This document shows, one piece after another, positions 11,768 to 26,479 of a stretch of 64,000 bases of DNA. Location of the stretch: contig CP154954.1 of NCBI GenBank assembly GCA_039621445.1, positions 26,362,954 to 26,426,953 of the forward strand. Reading direction: 5' to 3'. Each line of letters opens with the position of its first letter. Position 1 is the stretch's first letter. Source of the DNA: Euglena gracilis. Lineage: Eukaryota. The notes under the pieces are model-generated. The model worked only from the letters and a program-made list of their open reading frames with translations, made no database searches and had not been told where the DNA came from. The position numbers were made by a program, and so were the translations under genes.

Positions 11768-12186
11768 CAGGCTTTTGCTTAAGGACCCCCGGGGGGGGGG
11801 TACTGGCTAGCCAATCGGCTAGAAACTGGAAAAAGTGGACTAGCTAGACCCCCCTCCCCCCCGGGGGGGGGGGGGGGGGCCGGGGGTCCGGGGGTCCCCC
11901 GGACTGAAAAAATGAGGTTTTTAACAGGTTTTTGGCTGATTTTGTTCCAAAAAATCCCAAAAATGGCCAAAAACGGGCATTTTTGGCCATTTTTGGAGGT
12001 CCCAAAAAAATTTTCGGTGCTTCGCGCCGGTCACTGGAAAAATTTTTTTCAACTAGCTAGCCCTGCTAGCAGACCCCCCCCCGGGGGGGTCTGCTAGAAA
12101 ACCCACTAGCCAAATTTGGACTAGCTGCAGTCCAGCCCCCCCCCGGGGGGGGGGGGGGGTACTGCAATCCCTTAAGCAAAAGCCTG
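11768..12186. mobile_element. hAT-like MITE family 3 (CAGGCTTTTGCTTAAGG...CCTTAAGCAAAAGCCTG)
   Basis: 17-bp TIR and 8-bp TSD CTATCCAT. Related copies at about 22784-23142 and 29848-30277. Confidence 0.88.
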
Positions 12187-13137
12187 CTATCCATCCATCC
12201 ATCCATCCATCCATCCATCCATCTATCTACAGGCCTTTTGCACATGGACGACAAAATTCTTACCTTGGCCCAAACTTGGCCTCGCTGTCCCCCTGGCCTC
12301 ACCTTCAATCATAATCATGGCCCGGGCTACAGGGGGGGGGGGCATCTGGAGGTGGGGTTTTCCTTTATTTCCGGCGCAAAGCACGGAACTTTTTTTTGAC
12401 CACAAAATTACTCTCCAAAAGTGGTTCCCCTTGAGGCCCCCCCTGGGGGCCACAAGTGGCCACAAAGTGGCAACAAGTGTGTTGTCCCCTGGGGGACAAC
12501 ACACAAATTCTGAAGCAGATACGCCCCCGGACATACGGGGAAAGTGAAAGGGAGGGAAACATTACCATTAGGCTCTTGGAATTTTTGGATTGAAGCACTG
12601 ACCCAGTAAAAAAAAATGCATCCAGGTCGGCCGGTACAATCCAATTAATGTACCGCACAAAAAAACTGATGCTGAAATAAAAAAAGAACCAGACAGCCCA
12701 GCCCTCCTGAAAGAGAATGCAAAAAAATGACGCAAAAAAAGTGGAACTGCTTAGAAAGAGCTTTGGATTGCAGGTTTTTGGTTTTTCAGCGAACTAAATT
12801 CACTGATTCATCCGAAATTTGCTGTGGAGAGGACCCGTTTGGCAATCCTGGTGCTGTCATTTTCTCCACCAAGCGAGAGACCATGAAAAAATGAAAGAGA
12901 CCTGGCCAGGCAGTGAGAGTCCTTTGATGAAAAAAATGGGGGGGGGGGCAGCCCAGACCCATTTCCCCCCTCCGCCCCCGGGTCACCAAAGCTTAAAAAA
13001 AAAAGAACTTTTTGGAGGGAATACCACAGTTTCATCACATTCAGCTTCCAGCTCCAAATGCACTGACATAGGAGGCTTGAAAAATTTTCGACGTGTGCGC
13101 AAATACGTTGGTTGTTTTTTTGCTGTTGAGTGGGTGT

Positions 13138-13555
13138 CACCCCCCCCCCTATGTCCAACGACCCCCCTATGTCCAATGACCACCCCCCCGGTCAGAGGAC
13201 ACCTTTTCGGAGGTTTGACCAAAATTTTGGTCCCGGCGTGAAGCGCCGGGACGAAAAATTTTGCCCAAAATTTGGCCAAAAATTTGGCCAAAATGCCATT
13301 TTTGACACTTTTTTGGACAAAAATTTGTCAAAATTGCCCAAAATTTTCGGCGCAAAGCGCCGGAAGGGAAAATTTGGGCATTTTTGGGTGGGTAGGGACC
13401 CGGGTACCCACCAACTTTTTTTTGATCCCATGTCCAATGACCACCCCCCTGGTCAGAGGACACCTTTTTGGTCACTACCCTATGTCCAACGACCACCCCC
13501 CCGGTCAGAGGACAGAGGTTACCGGTCATTGGACATAGGGGGGGGGGGGAGGGTA
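13138..13555. mobile_element. MITE with poly-C-TATGTCCAA TIRs
   Basis: CCCCTATGTCCAA(C/T)GACC at the left end, inverse GGTCATTGGACATAGGGG at the right end, plus internal repeats. Confidence 0.7.
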
Positions 13556-15884
13556 GAGGCTGAAACATCAGTGTGGTGATGGAAAACCTGCCACTGAACT
13601 CAACAAGGTAACCACCTGATAAAAGCACGGGCTTATGGTGGACCGCCGACTCCAGCGGTGGGGGGTGCGCTTCTAACCGGACCCCACCTGGTGATTTTTG
13701 TTGCTTTCCTTTTGAGATACCACCAAAATGGGGGGAGGGGGGGGCTTGTAACGGACCCTGCCTTCGGCGGCAGGGAGGTGCGCTTTTATTTGGACCCTGC
13801 GCTTGCAGTGCGGCCCCGCACTTCTATTGGGGGGGTTAAACTGGTGGCAGTCCTCCTTCTTCATCCCCCTCATCAACCACCACTGGCAGAGTTCCCTGAC
13901 AACCCATTTCTTCCTGCTTCATTTGTTACATACAAACCTCCACCCCTTTTCATAACCAGCTTCAAAAGCCTCTACAACGTGCCGTAGTGCTTCGGAGATC
14001 AAGGGAAGGGGTGGGCCTGTCACCCCACTGGCGCTGGCAGTTGCGCATCCCCTTGTCTGCAACCCCTAACTGGGCGGTGGTCGGTACATAGGGGTGGGTG
14101 GTGGACAAGGGGGGGGTACCAACGATACGGTGTGTCTTGGACAGGGAGGCACCGGGGTTTTCGTGTATTTTTGGTGAATTTCTCTCTTTGAGGAGGTCAG
14201 TCCTGGGGGTTTCACAACTCGGCGACGTTTCAGAGGGTCAATGTGCACCATTCCCCTGAGTGTCAGAAGCAGTTCAAAGACATGGATACCAATTCTCCAA
14301 AATTAAAAATTGTGTCGGTGTGTGGACACACCGACACAAAAATCCTTGAGTGCGAGACGCCATCTAAGTTGAGGGTCGAGGCAGACACATCACACTGTGA
14401 GGGGTGTCAACGGCACGTTCCTGCCACAATCAGGGCGTCTCTTAACGACCCCTGGGGGGGGGGGGGTCCAACCCCGAGGCTAAAAAAAAAAAAAGGGCTG
14501 GCTGGAAAAAGGATGCTGACCCATAGGGGTCACCCAGCTGGGACTGAGCCTGACCCAGGGTCAAACTGGGTGTTAGAAAAAAAGCGAAACTACATAAATA
14601 CCCCAAAAAAACTGCCAATTATTCAAAAATCTTGTTACACTTACCTGGCCAGCCCATTTTCAACCCATTTTGCACCTCCAAAAGCAAAACTCCATGACCA
14701 TTTGATGAATGCATTCAGCAAACAAAATTTGTTGATGGGGGGGCTGGAAAAACATTTCAGGCTGGAGAAAACAATGCTGGCAGGCTGGACCCCCCAGTTT
14801 GGTTCCCCTTCCGCTCAAATCACGCCCTGGTCGCAATGGCTGCTCGTCTCGGCCTAGCCACCCGGGACAGAAAGACACCCCGAGGGTGGAGCAAATATAT
14901 AACCATGATTCAGGACGGAAATGGCGAGGGTGTACAAATGGACGGGGGCAATCCCGCATTCAGCAAAACAAACGGCATGCCAAGGCTGAATGCTGGACCT
15001 CTGGAAACTCGAGCCAACAGCCACAATGGTGTCCATAAATATTCACACCCCACTGCCCAGAAGGCACCCTTTAACGTTTAAATTGTTGGACAACGTCTCT
15101 GTGTGCTTGTCAGCTCGTTCTTGGGCCTGAGGAGTGGTGAGAAAGGCCTGGACATGGGGGCCAGGGAATTAAATGAGTGGGGGGGGGGGGTATGGACCCC
15201 CCTCGCCCCCCCACGGGGGGGGGGGGTCGTACCCGCCCCTCTTGTGAAAAAAATGCATATCCCCAAAGCGCCAGAAAAAGCTTTTGGGCCTTGAAAAATG
15301 TCCAAAGATCGTGGTTTCACAAACTTTTTTTTGAAAAGATTGGTCAAAATATGCACCAATTTTTCATCTTTTCCCGCGGGAAGCGCTGGAATTTTTTGGG
15401 GAGGTTCCGGACCCACCCCCCCTCAGTCCGAAGGGGGGGGTGGGGGTGGTCTGGACCCCCCTCCCCACTTCACAAAACCACTGCTCACCTAATACCCTGT
15501 GGGGTGCAAAAAACGTGGGGTGGAGACCATTAATACGGATCTCAAAAACCTCAAATGAACAATGAATCACCAGGCAAAAAAAAATGCAATAAACAAACTT
15601 TTTTCTTGGAATTCTGCACAAAGCTGATGGAAAAATGACCCCCATTTCAATTTTTCTTTGGCATTTTGCGCCGAAAATGCTGGTATCCAGCCCGGCCACA
15701 CCAGGCTGGCCCCGGCATTTTATTTCCAGTGGATCCCTTTGGTCGCCACCTGGCTGGGAGGTCCGCACCGGAAAAGGCATCGGCTGGACGGACCTCGTAT
15801 CGTGACCAGGGAATTCTTAAGGACCCCCGGGGGAGGGGGGTCCAGCCTCCGGCTGGCAAAAAGGCTGCTGGCTGGAAATGAGCA

Positions 15885-16155
15885 CAGGGGTTTTTTTTAA
15901 GACCGGGGGGGGGGGTGGGGGGCCCCCACCCACCCACCCCCTGGGGGGCCCCCCAGGGGGGGGGTCCCGGGGGACCCACAAAAAATGGCCGAAAAATTGC
16001 GGAAAGTGCTAAAAATGGCATTTTTTTCGGCGCCTGCGGCGCCGAAAAGTATATCCCACCCCCCTCCGGGGGGGACCCCCCGGGGGGGGGGGGGCTCGGC
16101 CGGACCCACCCACCCTACCCCCCCCCCCGGGGGTCCACGACAAAAAAAGCCCCTG
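15885..16155. mobile_element. hAT-like MITE family 2 copy
   Basis: CAGGGG...CCCCTG termini and 8-bp TSD AATGAGCA. Confidence 0.88.
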
Positions 16156-18719
16156 AATGAGCAGCTGGCTGGACCCTCCCGGGGGGGGGGGGTCCGGGGC
16201 TGGAGGAGGCTGGGCTGGGCTGGGTCGATGAAAAACAAAATTTTCTAAAACATTTTTGCCATTTTAGACATTTTGATGGATGGAGCTAGATCAAGGCTGG
16301 GGGCTGTGATGGAGGAAGCTGTGATGAGGGGGGAAAAATGCATGGATAGGTGAGCTGGGCAGCCCAGTTGGCTGTCCAGCCTGCGGACGGCTGGCCCGGC
16401 CTCCGGCCGGGCTGGACCCGACTTTATTTCACTCGACCTCTGGGGGGGGGTGGGGGCTCCCAGCCCGAATTTGGGCTGCTGGCTGGATTTGAGCTGCTGG
16501 CTGGCTGGACCCCCGGGGGGGGGGGGGGGGGTAGGGCACCCTCCGGCTTAAGAAATTCCCTGATCGTGACGTATCGTGGCGTACCAGTGACGTTACGGAG
16601 ATCAAAGATGAACGTCCTTCGCCCCAGAAGGGCCGTGCCTTGGCATTGCCGGAAAACAACAACCAAGGCATCACCTGCCCAACCGGACACTGCAGTGAAA
16701 TAGGAATACTGGGGCAGGGGCCGGGTGCGTGGCCGGACCACAGCCCGGCTGCGCATGGCCGGCTGCGACCCGTGGGCTGGCCCCCTCCCCAGACCACGCT
16801 TCTCTTGACCAACCCCAGGGGGGAAGGGGGGTGCCTTGTGCTATGGGATGCCTGCCCATAGCAGGCACACCCCTTGGGGGGGGGGGTCAGTTTCGGGCCC
16901 CGGTGCCTCCCGGCCAAGGCAAATTTCTTTTAAAAATGGCCATTTTCGGGCCCCGGCGAGCCCGGGCGCTTTGGCGCCGGGGGAGGGGGGGGGGGTGCTC
17001 TTGCACTACCCACCCCAAAACCCGCCCACCCCCCTTAGCTGCACTAAGGCTTCTTGTCTGTTTATGGCCGGCGCTGACTTCGCTTCTGGCCCAGTTTGCT
17101 GCGTGGTGAGTGGCCAGGGACCCCTTACACCAGTCCTCTTTTGTTGCTCCCCCTGGCCGGGTGAGTAACTCTGGTGTAATTCCAGCGCTGTAGGGACATA
17201 CACTCACCTTGTGTGGTTGGTGTGGTTCCCGTGGGTGGGTCTACACCCTTGCGCCCCAGTGCTGCCCTTGCCCTCTTCCCACTTTTCTGTGTGGGGGATG
17301 CATGGTGCAGGCACAACGCCATGACTTGAAAAATTCCAATGTGGCCTCACGGTCCCGCGGCTTAGGTAAACCCGGGTCACCAAGTCTCGGCCTTAGGGCG
17401 GGTGGCGGGTGGGTAGTGTGCTGCTGGGTACCAGTAGTTCCTTACATACTGGTACCTGCGCTCCGTGCCCTGTCCGGGGTTGGTTTGGGCGGTCCCACCC
17501 CCCCCCCCCCGGGGGTCGAAAATGCCCAACCCCCTGCCCCCCCGGGGGGGGGGGTGCGACTTCCCTTAAAAAAAGCCTGCCCCCGGACCATACAAGTTTG
17601 CTGACCCCTCCATCACTTCCACCCTTGGAGGGGGTTTGGCCCCTTTCAGCTTCAGCAATGGCCAATGGCCAATGCTAGCACAAAAGATTGGGGGCAAAAG
17701 AGTCAATTGAACACCCACAATCCGCCTTCAAGACAAGGACTCGCTTTCGGGAGTCATTTTTGAGGTTCATTCTCAGATTCTCACACACTTGGACATTTTC
17801 GACAAATAAACCCTCCTCCGGGGGGGAGGGGAGCCAACTAAACAAATAAGCCAACAAATGAAATGAGGAATCAGGAAAGCACCAGATCAGGAAGAGAGGT
17901 ATATAGTCCAGCTGGAGCACAGGTGATGTGATGTGATGGGGGCATTGGTTGTGAAAGTGTGGGCAGATCAAGCGACAAATGCCGGTTGGTGGCCTGTTAT
18001 TACCTTATGTGCACGAGCCTTTCACCTACTGCTTTGATGTCATCAAATGCCCCAGCAGAAGCGAATATCATACAGAGTGGACTGCAGGGGGCAGCGAGGA
18101 CAGCGTTCCGCTGGTGTGGAAGCGACTCCCACCGGGGTTGGTTTGGCATTTGCACATATGGGCCCCGGGGTAGGGCAGGGAGGGACGGTGTCTGAGCCAG
18201 ACACTACCCACCGGTTCCCCGTGTTTTGTTGTGCGGAGCGACGTCACGCAGACAAGTCCTGGCCGGCCCAGCCAGGCATATGACACCCCCTGTCACCCTT
18301 ATAGTGGCGGAATAGCGTCGCAAGTGACGGATGGGGCCGTTCGGAGGCTAGGCCCACTTTGAGACCTAAGAAGAAGAACAACCAACCCTTCCCAGCTGTC
18401 CAGTCTCAAGCCAGGGTCCCTTTGGTACCCCCCAGAGCAGATTTTTGGGTTTTTGAAGGAATAGGATGAGGGTTGGGCCTAAGTTTAGACTCATGCGCAG
18501 GCCTACCACTAATCTATAAATTAGGTCTAAGAGCCTAAGGCTGACCCCAACCCTGTTCTTTCAATCACCCAAAAATCCCCTCCGGGTCAAAGGGGGTATC
18601 AAAAGGTACACTTGCCAAAAACACACATAATATATATGTGTGTGTACATACATACATATGCATGCATACATACAATCCATATACATGTACATATATGTGT
18701 GTATGTGTGTGTGTATTGC

Positions 18720-19010
18720 CCCTTCCACCATTTGCGGCAGTTTCCCCCTCAGGAGTTCCTCTTCCGCTTGTTCCCTCACGAGTTCCATTTGCCAACGATG
18801 CCGACAAAGTTTGGTGAACCGCTGCAAAAAAAAGAATAGACTTGTTGTTGAACACTATTTGCAAATGCCAAAAAGAACTGAAATCCACAATTGGAGCCCA
18901 GTTTCTTTACCTTCTTGAGCAATTTTTGAGTCTGTTTCAAAAGGGCAAAATCCGCAAATTGTTCCTGAGGGCTGGGCTGCAAATGAAACCGCTCCGGAGC
19001 ACATGACAAA
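18720..19010 (-). CDS. Two putative exons of an unidentified gene, joined by a conventional 89-nt GT-AG intron (18822-18910)
   Basis: Junction AAG|GTAAAG...TTCTTTTTTTTGCAG|CGG. The join is in frame: ...KQTQKLLKK/RFTKLCRHRWQMELVREQAEEELLRGKLPQMVEG. Confidence 0.5.
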
Positions 19011-22000
19011 CGTTTACCGAGTCACAGATAATTTTTTTGCGGATCACAAAAGGGGGAAAAATAAGTGCAGTGGCATTGGATTACAAAAGACTTCATCCCA
19101 TGGCAAAAGCATGTCTGCTCATTACCAGAGGACGGAATGCCCATTTTTTTTGCCAGTGGGTAAAAGAGAATCAGCAACCATTCCTTTCTACAACGCAAGC
19201 CTGGAGGAGTGTGAGGCAACCGTGCTGCAGGGTTGAAAGACACCAGCCAGTGCCCCAATCCCATTGGGGGCAAACACTAACCCTAACCCTGCAACCTGCT
19301 GGTTCGTCAAATCAAACCAAACCACCCAAATGGGAACTTCCTGCATCATTGCCAAGGCAATGCACATTGGGTTCCAGCAACCATGCACATTCCCATGGAA
19401 ACCAGGCAAGGGCACAACAACTGGGCAAACCACGTTTTGCTATGTCAAGGACTCTGTCCAGACCAAGGGGTCAGGAGGAGTGGTTGGGACCATAGAGACA
19501 CTTGGTGACCCCCCCCTTGGATGGGACCCAAACCCACCCACCCATTTTTTTGAAAAACCACCCACCCACAACCCCGGGGGGCCACCCACCCAGCCACCCA
19601 AAATCCAGCCAACATCGACCGAAAATGCTGGAAAAAAAATTTCCGGGCTGGCCTTCGGCCGGCAAAAACCTGACCCGTGGCGCACCCCACTCGGGTTTTC
19701 CGCAGAGTGAAATCCGGGGGGCTTCTAATTGGGGGTTAAGTCAACAAGAGGCAACCGGTGCCAAACAATGCATGCAATGCCCAATGGTGCCCAATGGTGG
19801 ATTTATTGACTTCTTTACATCAGCGAAATTCATCCATGATGTGGAATGTAGCATTTTTGATCAGAATTTTTTAAGCAAATGTACACAGATCAGGAAGGAT
19901 ATGGATGGAGACTTTAAACAATCACTGTTGCGAAATTGCGACATTTTGCAGAATAATTTTCGGAAATTTGCGGAAATAGCAAAAAAAACAAAGTTGATGC
20001 CAAGGTCCAGAACAAGCATATGATGGTTACTGCAGATTCGAGCGTGAGGCCAAAACCCGAGGAGGTGAGTAATCCGGATCTGGTTGATTTTTGGACCCCC
20101 CCCCCCGGTCTCCCCCCTAGAACCTGACCGACCTGAACTTGACTGTTGACTTCCCAGGATGTGCACCGGCTGGGGGACAAGTGGGAGCTACAGAGCGGTA
20201 TGAAATAGACAGGGGACGACTGCCCAAAAGCGAGAACGGCCAGGGGCAGAGGGCAGCCAGAACCAAAACACTTCCGGCCCCTGAATGGACCCTGGGGTCA
20301 TTGCGGAAGGATTGACATCCCGATCCATACAAACATGTGATTTTGACTTCAAGAATTTTTGCACTTTGAGCAGTTTTCCGCCTGAGGAAGAAGATTTTGA
20401 ATTATGGGCCGATAAATGGGCATGTGGCACCAGAAATCCCCAAAAAACCGAGTTCTGGATCAACCACTACAGCTGCTGGTTGACCCAACTAGTTTGTTTT
20501 TTAGAGTTTTTTTGTTGAATTTATAATTTTTCTAAAGAAATGAAGTGTTGAGGCCCAAAATTTCCTTAAGCTCAAGTGACAATTCGATATTACTTTGCCT
20601 GAATATGTATATAGCTGCCACAAGAAATGAACAAATGATGTTAGAAAAAAGAGAAATATCTGCCAACTGCCCTCCTGCCCCTGCTGGGACTACACTACAG
20701 GAGCACAGGCAGCACACTCCAATATTTCCAGTTCAGCCAAAAGTGTGCCTGCCAATGTCCCTGACAGCACCGCCATTGCGCAATGGCACAAGCCTTGGCA
20801 GCCAGACGGATGCATATTCTTCCCCTGGGAATCCAAACTCTGTTGAACGTTCACTGGGATCCCAGTGGACAGTCTACCGTGTGAAGGTATTGGAATTTTC
20901 AATCCCTGCAAGGGTGAAAGAGAGTGCCATTAGGCCTTCAAAAATCACAATCATTTCTGGTATTTGATCACCCCTCCCCCCAAGTTGGAACATGGGGCCT
21001 GCCAGAAATGCCCAGGCACTTCGGCAATGTGCCACCCCCAGGGATGCAACTGTCCGTTTGATGAAGCAAAGCTGCCCCCCCTTTCCCCTGACCAGGCAGA
21101 AATCCAAGGACACCCCCAGCAGGGGATGCCTCCTGGACAGGTGCTTGACAGCAGATCTAAGGGGGGGGGGTTCTGATCGTCTGGGTGGAGGTGCTGGCCT
21201 CAAAGCAGCCACAGAAGGCTTGCCAAGGGGGTGATGGGGGTGGGTGAGATGCATGGAGAGGGAACGGTGCTGTACAGATCCAGCGGCGGTCCAAACTTCT
21301 GTTAGAATGGATCAGGCACAATGGAAAAGAACACAGGACAATTTGAGGGTGTGCAAGAGTGTGTAAGAGAATGTGGGGGGGGGCAATGGTTGACAGTGAT
21401 AACTGAATGCTTGGGAAAACCAAAAAATTTAGGGCGACAATTTTCAATTATTTCTCACTAGCAGCTCTCAAATTTCACCTCCTGTGAGGGCTGTAAACCC
21501 CCCCCACCCCCACCCTCAGGGTTTTGGGATTTCTGTAAATTCCCCATGGCGCTCCTGGCCAATAAGGGACGGGAAGGTTGGTTTTTATTTTCAAAGTCCA
21601 CCCCAAAGGGATCTTCAGGCCCCAGGGACGGCCAACGGCCGATCCAGGGATCGAACGGGGTCAAAAATTAAGAAGTCGAAAAGTGCAGTTTTATATTTTG
21701 GGTGGATGGACGATGTGTGTGAAGATGCAAGGAATAGCCTTTTCCCCCGAAATCGACACATTTTTTTTGCCAAAATATAATTATTTTCCAAACCATTTTG
21801 TTTTTTTCATTGAATGTGTTGAGACAGGAATTTTTTTTTTACCGCACGCCTTGACATCCCCTGCCCTTGCCCCTGTCTCAGAACATGGTGCCTACCTTAA
21901 TGGCCACATGTAAGGGAGGTCCCTCTTGACCTTTCTTTCAAAATGGAGGGGCACCCACCCTTGGCAATGCCCTTTTGAACTTTTCATGGGTCATGTGGAT

Positions 22001-22309
22001 TGGAACTGCAACACCGCCCCACAGTTTGCTTACTGAACCACGTCCCATCATTTGCGGGGTCCACAATGTTCATTTGTCCAAAGGTCATCAAAATGGGGTG
22101 TGAACTCGGCGAAAGAAATCAATTTCGTGGGATGCCCAGAGAAAACAGAATTTTAGAAAGAAAGAGGGTATACAAAGCAATATGAGTTTGAATACAGGAA
22201 GCGGATGCTGCCACGCCACCTGGAATGGAAATTTCACTTTTGACAATTCATCTGGGTGATTGTCAAATTGGATTGTCAAATTTCATCAATGTATATGTGT
22301 CCCCCCTGC

Positions 22310-22600
22310 CTGGGAAACTGTCACCTGACAGGTCGGCCAGTGCCGAGGACCCTGACAGCTTCCTATCATGACAGGTTGGCCAGCACCCAAGACCCTGACA
22401 GTTTCCAAGGAGGGGGGCCTTGACAGTTTCCTGGGAAGGGCATTTTAAGGGAAAATCAATGGGAAAAAAAGACCCTGTTGGTCAGCACCAGGGACCCTGA
22501 CAACTTCCTAAACTGACAGGTTGGCCGGTGACGGGGACCCTGACAGTTTCACAAGCAGGACCCTGACAGGTTCTCAGGCATGACAGTTTCCAATGGGAGG
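22310..22600. repeat. Dispersed element built from GACCCTGACAG(G/T)TT subrepeats
   Basis: Homologous copy at about 26480-26780, with GGGAAACTGTCA...TGACAGTTTCC inverted ends. Confidence 0.75.
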
Positions 22601-23577
22601 GAGGGAGGTGTGTGTGCAAATATGTACGCACGTCAACACCTGCCCCCCCCCTCAATCTAACAAACGTCCTGGTCCCTGTTCGGATCACAACTTTTGTCAC
22701 CTGGAATTTCATATTATGCATGAATATCTGTGCACATATCTGTATACATTGAAAATAACACATTCTTGGTCTATGCATTGTTGCCAGGCTATTGCTTAAG
22801 GTCCCCAGGAGGGTCACTGGTTAGCCATTTCACTAGACACTGGAAAAAAGGACTTGCTAGACCAGCCACCCCCCCCAGGAAAAAAAATTTCTCCAGGAAA
22901 GAAATGAAGTTTTTAATACATTTTTTTGGCTGATTTTGTTACAAAAATCCCAAAAATGGCCAAAAATGGGCCTGTTTGGCAAGTTTTGGGAGTCCTCCAA
23001 AAAATTGCGGCACTTCGCGCCGGTCACTGTAAAAAAATTTTTTCACCCAGCTAGCCCTGCTAGCGGACCCCCTCCAGGGAGGTCATTGGGATTTCGCTCG
23101 CCAAATTTGGCCAGCACCCCGGGTACTGTGAACCCTTAAGCAATGGACTGATTGTTGCAAAAAAAAATGTTGCACATCAAATTTCGAGAATTTGATGGAA
23201 CCCTTCATTGATATGGAAATTTTTGAAATGATAAATTGATATGCTATATTGTTGCTTCTGTGGCATATTGAAGGTTTTCAACAGCAAGCCTTGTCTGCAA
23301 AAAAAAAACCCAACGTCCAGCAATTCTTCAAAAGAATTATGCAGCCTTGGGGCATCAACAGCCATAAATATATCTGGCCTCTGGGTGAGGAACCAACTTT
23401 GAAGGAGGCCAAGTTTCCATGTGATTGTTAAAAGGGTATATGAGGCTAAACTGTGAGGGAAGATAACAGCCCTGGGTTTGAGAAAACTGAATGCGGTATT
23501 TTGGGCTCATTACAGACGGCAGAGAGGGGAGTGGTCAGCGTTCGGCGGGAACGCTGTAAAAAGGACCCAACGGGTGC

Positions 23578-23730
23578 CGCTCTACAACAGAAGGCGCAAA
23601 ATACTTTAAAAAATGCGGGAGCACCCCTTTGTCCGACTCTTCAAAGTGGCACACTGCTCTACAACAGAAGGCGCAAGATACTTTAAAAATGCGGGTGCAC
23701 CCTTTGTCCGACTCTTCAAAATGGCACACT
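23578..23730 (+). repeat. Tandem duplication of about 77 bp
   Basis: GCTCTACAACAGAAGGCGCAA...GTCCGACTCTTCAAA.TGGCACACT occurs twice. Confidence 0.85.
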
Positions 23731-24949
23731 GACATGTGAACACCCAGGGCTCATGTACCCCCCCTTTGCCCACCGACAGGGTTCCTACGACCCCTGACCG
23801 GGGAGGGTCGTACACGCCACCCAACCCACCACCCCCGACCAGGGGGTGGTCGGACGACTGAGTACAAAAACAAAAAAAACAACCCAGTTTTCAAAGCCAC
23901 CTACAACCCCGGCCAGGGTGGTCGTATGTACCCCCGAAACTGTAACCCCCAACTGGGGGTGGTCGTTGTTCATGGGTGGTTGGTGGGCAAAAGAAGGAGG
24001 TATGGGGGCTGTGGTGAGTTGGGTGGGATGACATTGGAACCTTCAAGAAAATTATGGATGACTGCAGAAAAGCTCACACTAGAACACATTTCCGCCGAAG
24101 AGGAAAAATTCACCTCAGGCTCAAAGTGCCAATTTTGTTCAAGTTGAAAAAAATTCCCAGCAGAACTGGGGGGGAGGGGCAAACTTGGCACGAAGAGTCC
24201 CCCTTGGGAACCAAAAAAATCCCAGGGTAGCTGAGGGAAAAGTTTGGCATAGAAATCGGCACCCCCCAGAAAAATGGAAAGGCCTGGTGGGGGACCCCAC
24301 CCCACAGCGATCCTTTAGGACATTAAAAAAAAAAACTTTGCTGTTCCAGCACAGTCAATGAAAAAAAAAAACAGGGAAGTGGGCAAGAAAAATTGATATT
24401 TTTCGGAAAGAAGGGGTCGACACCAGGAAAAAAATGATCCCTGGCATCCTTGGACCATCGCCCATCTACCCAAATCATCAAAAAAATGTGCATTTCGACT
24501 TTTGAGTATTTGACCCCGTTCAAATCCCAGTCCAGCCCTTGGTCGGCAGAAAGGGGGGGGGGGCAATCCTTAAGAAAACAAAAAAAACTTTGCTGACCCT
24601 TCCGGTTTCAAAGGACCGCCCTGTCCCCGCCCCACACACAGTTCTGTACAGCCCCTGGCAAATTCCGCCAAAAATAAAAAATACACAAATGCACCCTTGT
24701 GCCCCCCCTGCCTTGAGACCCATTTGAGGAATTGTCGGAACGCATTGCATCATCCATTGGGTGGATCTCAAGGAATCATTATTTTTTATTGAATTATTTT
24801 CACAGCGGGAGGGGTCCCAGCTCAGCCCACCCCACGGTGGATGGGGGTCCCTCTTTTTTTCAGTGCGAAGAACTAACATTTTTTGGGGACAAAATTGACC
24901 CCCCGAATCCCCTGTCCCACCCCAGGGGCTGGTTTGGTGCCGACCCTCC

Positions 24950-25343
24950 AGGGGACAGGTGGGGGGGTGGTCCGGCCCCCCCCCCCCCCTGCGGGCCAGG
25001 AGGGGGGGGGGTGGGGGGACACCCCCCCACCTAAACAGTTGCGCGGTCTGGGTGACCGAAAATTTTTGACCCTCCCAAAACGACCAAAAGTGCCATTTTG
25101 GGCACTTTTTGGGCAAAAATGTGCCAAAAATGCAAAAAATTTTCGGCGCAAAGCGCCGGAGGAAAAAATTGACCCTTTTTGCGGGGGGTCCCGGGTACCC
25201 CCCGAGGGTCGGTCCGGACCCCCTGGCAGGTGGGCGGGGGGGGGGGGGGGGCCGGACCACCCCCCCTGCGGGCCAGGAGGGGGGGGGGGCGGGGGGACAC
25301 CCCCCCACCTAAACCATGTACGCCCTCCTTATATCAAACCCTG
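24950..25343. mobile_element. MITE family 1 copy (left TIR eroded)
   Basis: Near-identical to 8375-8769. Confidence 0.85.
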
Positions 25344-26479
25344 GCCGACCCCTCCAGGTCCTAAAAAAAACATCTCACACCTCATCCATTTGATATTATG
25401 CATTTGAACCAATTTCTTTAAAAAAGGGTCGGACCAAAATGAGTTCCATCTGCTTCGACAAAACCCAAGTTAAAAAAAGTGCTGGGGGGATCGCTGGGGG
25501 AGGACCTGAACCAAAACCTCACAGAATAAAGAATCACCAAAATGAGAAAATGCCTTGTTCAAAAAAAAAAAAAACCCCAACATTACACCACTTCTCAGAC
25601 GCTCAATCCACCTCCATCATTTGCAGCAAAAGGATGAAATGTGAAATGGGGATTCCAATGTACATCAAAAGGACTGGTATGCTGACCTCCGCTCAGAATA
25701 TCACGGCATCCTCACACACCAACCCCCAAGGGAAACACATCTCTGGATTGCCAATTCTCAGGTAGCAGTCCCCCAATTGTCCCGACCTGTTGACTTCATA
25801 GTGGGCATTTTTTTTAAAAAAAGACAACGTGTTTTTTGAAGAAGAAAAAAAAACACCAAAAAATATAAAGGCACAAAAGGGAAATTTCATTGAAAAAACT
25901 CGTTATGAAACGCCCAAACCATACTTTGAATGCTACTAAGTTCAAAAACTGCCAAAACATGGTCAAAAACACCCAAAAATGCAGAAAAATGCAATTTTAT
26001 GACGTTTTCATGTTTGTGGAAATGAGTTTTTGGCAGAAATTACCTAGAGGTTGCCAAAATGATTGAAAATAAGCATATAAAATTTTTTGTGCAAAACCTG
26101 ATGGGCGTTTTTTTTAACATTGTCAAATTTTAAAAAAGCAAACAAAAAAACAACTTCAAAAAAACAGGCTGCCCACAATGGTTGACTTGTCAAGTTTCAA
26201 CTCCATTTGATAACGAAGGTGTTGTGAGGATTTCATAAATAATCAGAGCTGGAAGCGGAAGCCACCTTGGGGTGAACACCAGATGACCCTCATCCAGATA
26301 ACCCTCATTGCAGGAGGAGGACTCGCAACTGGCATCCAACCTTGAAAAGGATGGTGCAAAATCCGTTGTCTGGGTTTTTTGTTGGAAAAAGTGGCAATAA
26401 CATCTCAAAACAATCACCAATTTGACAAAATGACTGCAATTCCCACAATTTTCCCTCTGCTTTCCCCCACATACCTACC

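Noticed and set aside
11779-12175. TTAA-targeting piggyBac or Kolobok element
   Set aside because: The TTAA lies inside a longer TIR that starts CAGG, and the real TSD is 8 bp.
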